A stretch of 64,000 nt of DNA from an uncultured Flavobacteriaceae bacterium (GTDB taxonomy: Bacteria; Bacteroidota; Bacteroidia; Flavobacteriales; Flavobacteriaceae): contig CANLUS010000004.1 in NCBI GenBank assembly GCA_947494325.1, positions 223,321 to 287,320 on the forward strand, written 5' to 3'. Each line of letters starts with the position of its first letter. Position 1 is the stretch's first letter. The notes under the pieces were generated by a model, which did not search any database, was not told the origin of the DNA, and worked only from the letters and a program-made list of their open reading frames with translations. This document shows, piece after piece, positions 59,466-64,000 of this stretch. Position numbers and translations under genes: made by a program.

Positions 59466-60443
59466 ATGAAACGTGTTCTTAAAATAAGTGTACTTAGTTT
59501 TCTCGTGTTATTCTCTTGTGTCGCTATTTTTTTTGTTTGGGCTTCCTCCCCAACCTTATCTCAAAAAGAATATGCGGTACTCATTACAAATACGTATAAA
59601 CAAGATACCTCCAACGATTCTATTTACAGTATTGTTACTTATAATATAGGGTATTTAAGCGGTATGACGAATAATACAACTGCCGAAAAACCCAAATCTT
59701 TGTTTGATACAAATCTTATAAAGGTAAAAAGCGAATTTCTTTCGTTGAATCCAGATATTATTGCATTTCAAGAAATAGATTATGCTGCTGCACGATCCTA
59801 TTTTATTGATCAACAAGATGAAATTGCCAAGCTAGGTTATAACCATGTAGCACAAGCTGTAAATTGGGATGAAACCTATGTCCCTTTTCCTTATTGGCCC
59901 CCATCAATTCATTTCGGCAAAACAGTATCTGGGCAATCTATACTTAGTAAATATCCATTAATACAACATAAACGTGTTGTTCTTCAACGGGTTCCCGACG
60001 CTCCATTTTATAGAGATGCTTTATATCTAGAAAGGTTAGCACAAGTAAGCACTGTCTTATTAGAAAATAAAGAAGTCAAAATTATAAATGTACATTTGGA
60101 GGCTTTCGATAAACCGACGAGAGTACAACAGTTAGATAATGTTATTAAACTGTTCAATGATTATCGCGCGAAGTATCCTACAATTCTTTTAGGCGATTTT
60201 AACAGTGGCCCAAGTTTTGAAAATGCGTCAATCGAAAAAGTATTTGCTTTAAAAGATGTTGGCAATGCGGCCTTTGACGATACCAGTAGATTGAATACAT
60301 ATCATACCGAAAATCCTTTTAAACGTATCGATTATATTTTTTATTCTGAAAATTCTATTGAATACATTGATGGAAAAGTACTAACTCAATTTGGGCTAGC
60401 TTCTGATCATTTACCCGTGGAAATGAAGTTTAAGTTGAAATAA
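59466..60443 (+). CDS. endonuclease/exonuclease/phosphatase (EEP) family protein
   Basis: 325 aa; N-terminal TM/signal, EEP motifs (FQEIDY, NVHLEAFD, LGDFNSGP, SDHLPV). Confidence 0.8.
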   Translation: MKRVLKISVLSFLVLFSCVAIFFVWASSPTLSQKEYAVLITNTYKQDTSNDSIYSIVTYNIGYLSGMTNNTTAEKPKSLFDTNLIKVKSEFLSLNPDIIAFQEIDYAAARSYFIDQQDEIAKLGYNHVAQAVNWDETYVPFPYWPPSIHFGKTVSGQSILSKYPLIQHKRVVLQRVPDAPFYRDALYLERLAQVSTVLLENKEVKIINVHLEAFDKPTRVQQLDNVIKLFNDYRAKYPTILLGDFNSGPSFENASIEKVFALKDVGNAAFDDTSRLNTYHTENPFKRIDYIFYSENSIEYIDGKVLTQFGLASDHLPVEMKFKLK

Positions 60444-60483
60444 AATGCTCATACTGTAAGATTATCTATACTGATAGAATAAC

Positions 60484-61791
60484 TTATTCAAATTTTCTGT
60501 TTTTTCTAGTTTTCATAGCATTCGCTTCCTCATCACTTTTGAATTCTTCTTTTTTCGGATCCCATTCCAATGGTCTTCCTAAATCATAACCAATATTTGC
60601 TATGTTACAAATGGTAGCTGATCTATGTCCGACTTCTACGTCACAAATTGTTTGCGTTCTATTTCTTATCGCCATTAACCAATCTTGATAATGATTTTCT
60701 ATTTTAGGGAGTTTAATTTTTTCTACATCTTGCAAAATAGTGGCTGGTGTTGTCTCTAAATATTCTCTACTAATATCCATTGAACCTTCAGAACCAATAA
60801 AGCGAACACCCCAACCTCTTCCAAAATCTTCATGAACCATTTCAACACCATTAGCATAATACATTTTGATTCCTCTTACCGCCTTAGGATCATCCGGAGG
60901 AATTATTTTAACTGGACCTGTAGCATCCATATTTAAACACCATTGTGCAATATCGAACATATGCGCTCCCCAATCTGATAAAATACCTCCCCCAATTTCT
61001 TCAAAATGGCGCCAATCAGGATATGTCTTATTATGAGCCGGAGCAATACTCTTATGATATGTTAACAATGGGGCTGGGCCGCACCATTTGTTCCAATCAA
61101 TTCCTTTAGGTAATTTTTGAACAGGTAAATCGTATTTTTTACCTGGATCACCTACGTTTACTAAGACCTTTTTAATTTCTCCTAGCTTATCAGATGCAGC
61201 AATTTGTTTGGCTCTTTGAAAACGATCCCAAGAGCGTTGCATACTTCCTGTCTGAAATATACATTTCGTCTGCTTTACTGCTCGAACCATCTCAATTCCC
61301 TCAGTAATAGTATTTGTCAATGGTTTTTCGCAATATACATCTTTACCACTTCTCATAGCATCAATCGACTGTAAAGCATGCCAATGATCTGGCGTAGATA
61401 TTACAACAGCATCTATATCTTTTCTTGTCAATAATTCTTTATACTCTAAATAGGTTGTTACACCTTTAAATGCAGCTACATTTCTCTTTTGAGCATATAA
61501 CTTTTCAACTTGCCTTTCAAACATCTTTCTTTTTGGTGTCCATACGTCCGAACCTGCAACTATTTGAGCTTGCGCCTGCGAAATAAAAGTAGGTGCTAAA
61601 AGAGAACCTTGTTTCCCTAAGCCAATAAAACCAAGATTAATTTTATCACTAGGAGCTGTATATCCTTGACCTAAAACATGTCTTGGAACAATCGTAAAAG
61701 CACCAACCGCTAAAGAGGTATTTCTAATAAACTTTCTTCGTGAATCTCTAAACTCCTGTTGCCCTTCGATTAACTTTGCTTTTTTGCTCAT
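60484..61791 (-). CDS. Gfo/Idh/MocA family oxidoreductase with Tat signal
   Basis: 435 aa; twin-arginine motif SRRKFIRNTSLAVGAFT; Rossmann GFIGLGKQG; EKP motif (VYCEKPLT). Confidence 0.88.
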   Translation of the reverse strand: MSKKAKLIEGQQEFRDSRRKFIRNTSLAVGAFTIVPRHVLGQGYTAPSDKINLGFIGLGKQGSLLAPTFISQAQAQIVAGSDVWTPKRKMFERQVEKLYAQKRNVAAFKGVTTYLEYKELLTRKDIDAVVISTPDHWHALQSIDAMRSGKDVYCEKPLTNTITEGIEMVRAVKQTKCIFQTGSMQRSWDRFQRAKQIAASDKLGEIKKVLVNVGDPGKKYDLPVQKLPKGIDWNKWCGPAPLLTYHKSIAPAHNKTYPDWRHFEEIGGGILSDWGAHMFDIAQWCLNMDATGPVKIIPPDDPKAVRGIKMYYANGVEMVHEDFGRGWGVRFIGSEGSMDISREYLETTPATILQDVEKIKLPKIENHYQDWLMAIRNRTQTICDVEVGHRSATICNIANIGYDLGRPLEWDPKKEEFKSDEEANAMKTRKNRKFE

Positions 61792-62104
61792 AATAATTAT
61801 GTAACCTTTTATTTTACAATGAGATAAACTCGTTGCTTGATTTCATTAATCGCTAAGTTCGTTGAATTTTTGTTAAAAAGCAAATGCAATTAGATTGTCT
61901 AAAAATCTATAAAAAACAGGTCTTTTCAAAGTAAGGTTTAAGACAACGACAGGTAGACTTGTGATAAAAAAATGATAACCTGTGATACAATCTTGATACT
62001 ATTGAGATCTTATTAGAACATTCTAGTCTTTACTTTGTACTGATTAATTCTCATATGTATAATACCCACCTAATGAATAGTTGAGAAGAAAATCATAGTT
62101 TAGA

Positions 62105-62141
62105 TTAAAATATAAAGCCTCGTCATAAATGACGAGGCTTT
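62105..62141 (-). terminator. rho-independent terminator after metalloprotease gene
   Basis: AAAGCCTCGTCA-TAAA-TGACGAGGCTTT 12-bp perfect stem followed by a U-rich run on the minus strand. Confidence 0.75.
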
Positions 62142-62163
62142 ATAATTGTATAACTATTAAAGT

Positions 62164-64000
62164 TTATTTGGGATCTAAAATTAGATTAATTCTTTCTACA
62201 GCATCTCTAAGATGATATCTACTTAATCTATCTGAAGTTCTACCAATTGCACTTCGTAAGCTCGACCTTAAGGTCACTAATTCTCCTCTTACAACAGGGC
62301 GAATATCCGATTGACTTACATCAACATTAGTTCTTGTAATAAACCTTCTAAATCGCGCGGGGATTGGTGTTTGTTCATTCTTCATTAAGAACTCCATCCG
62401 CTCGATATAGGCGCGCTGAAGGTTTCTACGATACGTATCAATTTTTCTACCGCTAGAAACTTCACTAAAAATACCTCTACGTAAATCAGTCATCATATTA
62501 ATTAGGGTATATGCTTTATTACCATTCAGCGTTTCATTCTCTATTAAACGTGCTAATCTGGCAAAATCTAAGATATTATTTAGCGTTCTAACTTGAGTTC
62601 TTCGCAAACGCTCAACACTACCTGCACTTTCAACCTTATTAAAAATATTATCGTCAATCAACCATCTCGGAGTTTTAAACAATTCATTTTGAACAAAATT
62701 CATGGCTTTCTTCTGATACGCTTTATCTACATGTGTATAAACCGCTCCTTCTTGATCATAAGTTTTATAATACTCATAAACACCACCGATGTTGGCAGTT
62801 ACATGTCCCATATATCTATTGTACTGTCCGAGAACTTGTCCATACATAGTTTGAAGATCACTATAATTTTTACCGTCTTCTGCCGTCCATTTAATTAAAC
62901 TAGGAACAATTATTTTTAAATTGGCAATTCCATAGTTACTGGCTTTCACAGCGTCATCTCCTAAATCTTCAGTTTGCGAACTGGGATCGGTAGCACCGAA
63001 TTGTTGTCTACCGAATCTGTACATAGGATCATCCGCATGATCTAAAATCCATTTATCAAGTGTTTTCTTTTCATCATCAGGTGTTTTAGCGTCTAAAATT
63101 GGACGATATCCCCAATTAACCGCATGCTTATCATAAATACCAATGTTTGGCATTAGAGCAACACCTTCATCTCCTGGCTGTGCAACGTAATTGAAACGTG
63201 CATAATCCATAATTGATGGCGCTGTACCATATTTTTGAGTAAAAGAAGCAGAACGCAATGAATCTACAGGATAAGCTACACTACTTCCCATATTATGTGG
63301 TAATCCAATTGTGTGACCCACCTCATGAGCAGATACAAAACGAATCAATCTTCCCATTACTTCATCTTTAAAAGCTACGCTTCGTGCTTCTGGATTAATT
63401 GCCGCTGTCTGAACAAAAAACCAATTACGTAATAAGGTCATTACATTATGGTACCAGTTAATATCTGACTCTAAAATTTCTCCAGATCTTGGGTCACTAA
63501 CATGAGGACCGTTCGCATTTGGAATTGGAGATGCTAAATATCGAACAACTGAGTAACGCGCATCTTCTGGACTCCAATCTGGGTCTTCTTCTTTTGAAGG
63601 AGGATCTTTAGCGATAATTGCATTTTTAAAACCAGCGGCCTCAAATGCAACTTGCCAATCTTCAATTCCTTGTTTAATATAAGGTACCCATTGTTTTGGA
63701 GTAGCCCTGTCTACATAATAAACAATTTGTTTTTTAGGTTCAACAAGTTCCCCTCTCTTAAATTTTTCGATATCCTCATCTTTTACTTCCAATCTCCATC
63801 TATCAAGATATCTTAAGGTTTTACTTTCTTGAGCATCTAGACCATAATCAACCTGACCTCTCGCAAACCAACCAACACGTTGATCGAACATTCTGCGCTT
63901 CATAGGAACTTTTGGTAACAATATCATCGAGTTACTCATTTCAACAGAAATAGTACCTGTACTTGCATTCGATGGCGGAGAACCTGCATTGTATGTCTTT
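62164..64000 (-). CDS. zinc-dependent metalloprotease (HExxH), N-terminally truncated by window edge
   Basis: HEVGHTIGLPHN zinc-binding motif; the frame stays open past 63939 to the window end (...KTYNAGSPPSNASTGTISVEMSNSM...), so the true start lies beyond 64000. Confidence 0.82.
   Translation of the reverse strand, partial: KTYNAGSPPSNASTGTISVEMSNSMILLPKVPMKRRMFDQRVGWFARGQVDYGLDAQESKTLRYLDRWRLEVKDEDIEKFKRGELVEPKKQIVYYVDRATPKQWVPYIKQGIEDWQVAFEAAGFKNAIIAKDPPSKEEDPDWSPEDARYSVVRYLASPIPNANGPHVSDPRSGEILESDINWYHNVMTLLRNWFFVQTAAINPEARSVAFKDEVMGRLIRFVSAHEVGHTIGLPHNMGSSVAYPVDSLRSASFTQKYGTAPSIMDYARFNYVAQPGDEGVALMPNIGIYDKHAVNWGYRPILDAKTPDDEKKTLDKWILDHADDPMYRFGRQQFGATDPSSQTEDLGDDAVKASNYGIANLKIIVPSLIKWTAEDGKNYSDLQTMYGQVLGQYNRYMGHVTANIGGVYEYYKTYDQEGAVYTHVDKAYQKKAMNFVQNELFKTPRWLIDDNIFNKVESAGSVERLRRTQVRTLNNILDFARLARLIENETLNGNKAYTLINMMTDLRRGIFSEVSSGRKIDTYRRNLQRAYIERMEFLMKNEQTPIPARFRRFITRTNVDVSQSDIRPVVRGELVTLRSSLRSAIGRTSDRLSRYHLRDAVERINLILDPK

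Noticed and set aside
61792-62163. 372-bp ORF-free region upstream of the Gfo/Idh/MocA gene as a possible ncRNA or riboswitch
   Set aside because: It is AT-rich with no conserved riboswitch core motifs recognisable by eye. The only strong structure is the metalloprotease terminator hairpin (62105..62141).

Overview
This window looks like a low-GC Bacteroidetes (Flavobacteriia-like) chromosomal segment that is mostly core housekeeping. All tRNA anticodons, the ffs call, hairpins and promoter motifs below were read by hand and none was computed; no BLAST/HMM search was possible.

Housekeeping content: the conserved minus-strand string tRNA-Thr/Tyr/Gly/Thr–tuf–tRNA-Trp–secE–nusG–rplKAJL–rpoB–rpoC–DUF3467, flanked by xerC–hpf and rpsU. 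Also dnaN, acpH, ggt, yidC, pyrG, a phospho-sugar mutase, an MsbA-like ABC exporter, pepD, an M28 peptidase, a lactonase and fsa.

The least ordinary part is a ~14 kb co-directional minus-strand block (33.4–42.7 kb):
- A DNA-damage-type mutagenesis module: a non-canonical XRE-HTH/S24 'LexA-like' repressor divergent from dnaE2 plus a catalytically intact DinB-like Y-family polymerase, with no imuA.
- This runs with almost no intergenic space into a biotin cluster, bioF – Zn-ribbon small protein – bioD – bioA.
- Further down lie a shortened but catalytically intact KAS I/II enzyme, an NfeD–flotillin pair, a class-A beta-lactamase-like hydrolase and bioB.
- No bioC, bioH or bioG is present in the window.
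- A 13-bp perfect palindrome (CTACA-N3-TGTAG) in the divergent promoter is a candidate operator.

I also infer an unannotated SRP (4.5S, ffs) RNA on the minus strand at about 18.65–18.76 kb. It is a GC-rich structured island with a GGAA tetraloop helix and an E. coli-like 3' segment.

Other points: two tandem paralogous secreted proteins after dnaN, an SSF transporter with an ~80-aa coiled-coil insertion, a signal-peptide-bearing YciI-like protein, and a DUF2975/XRE pair. No CRISPR, IS elements, prophage genes or rRNA were seen.
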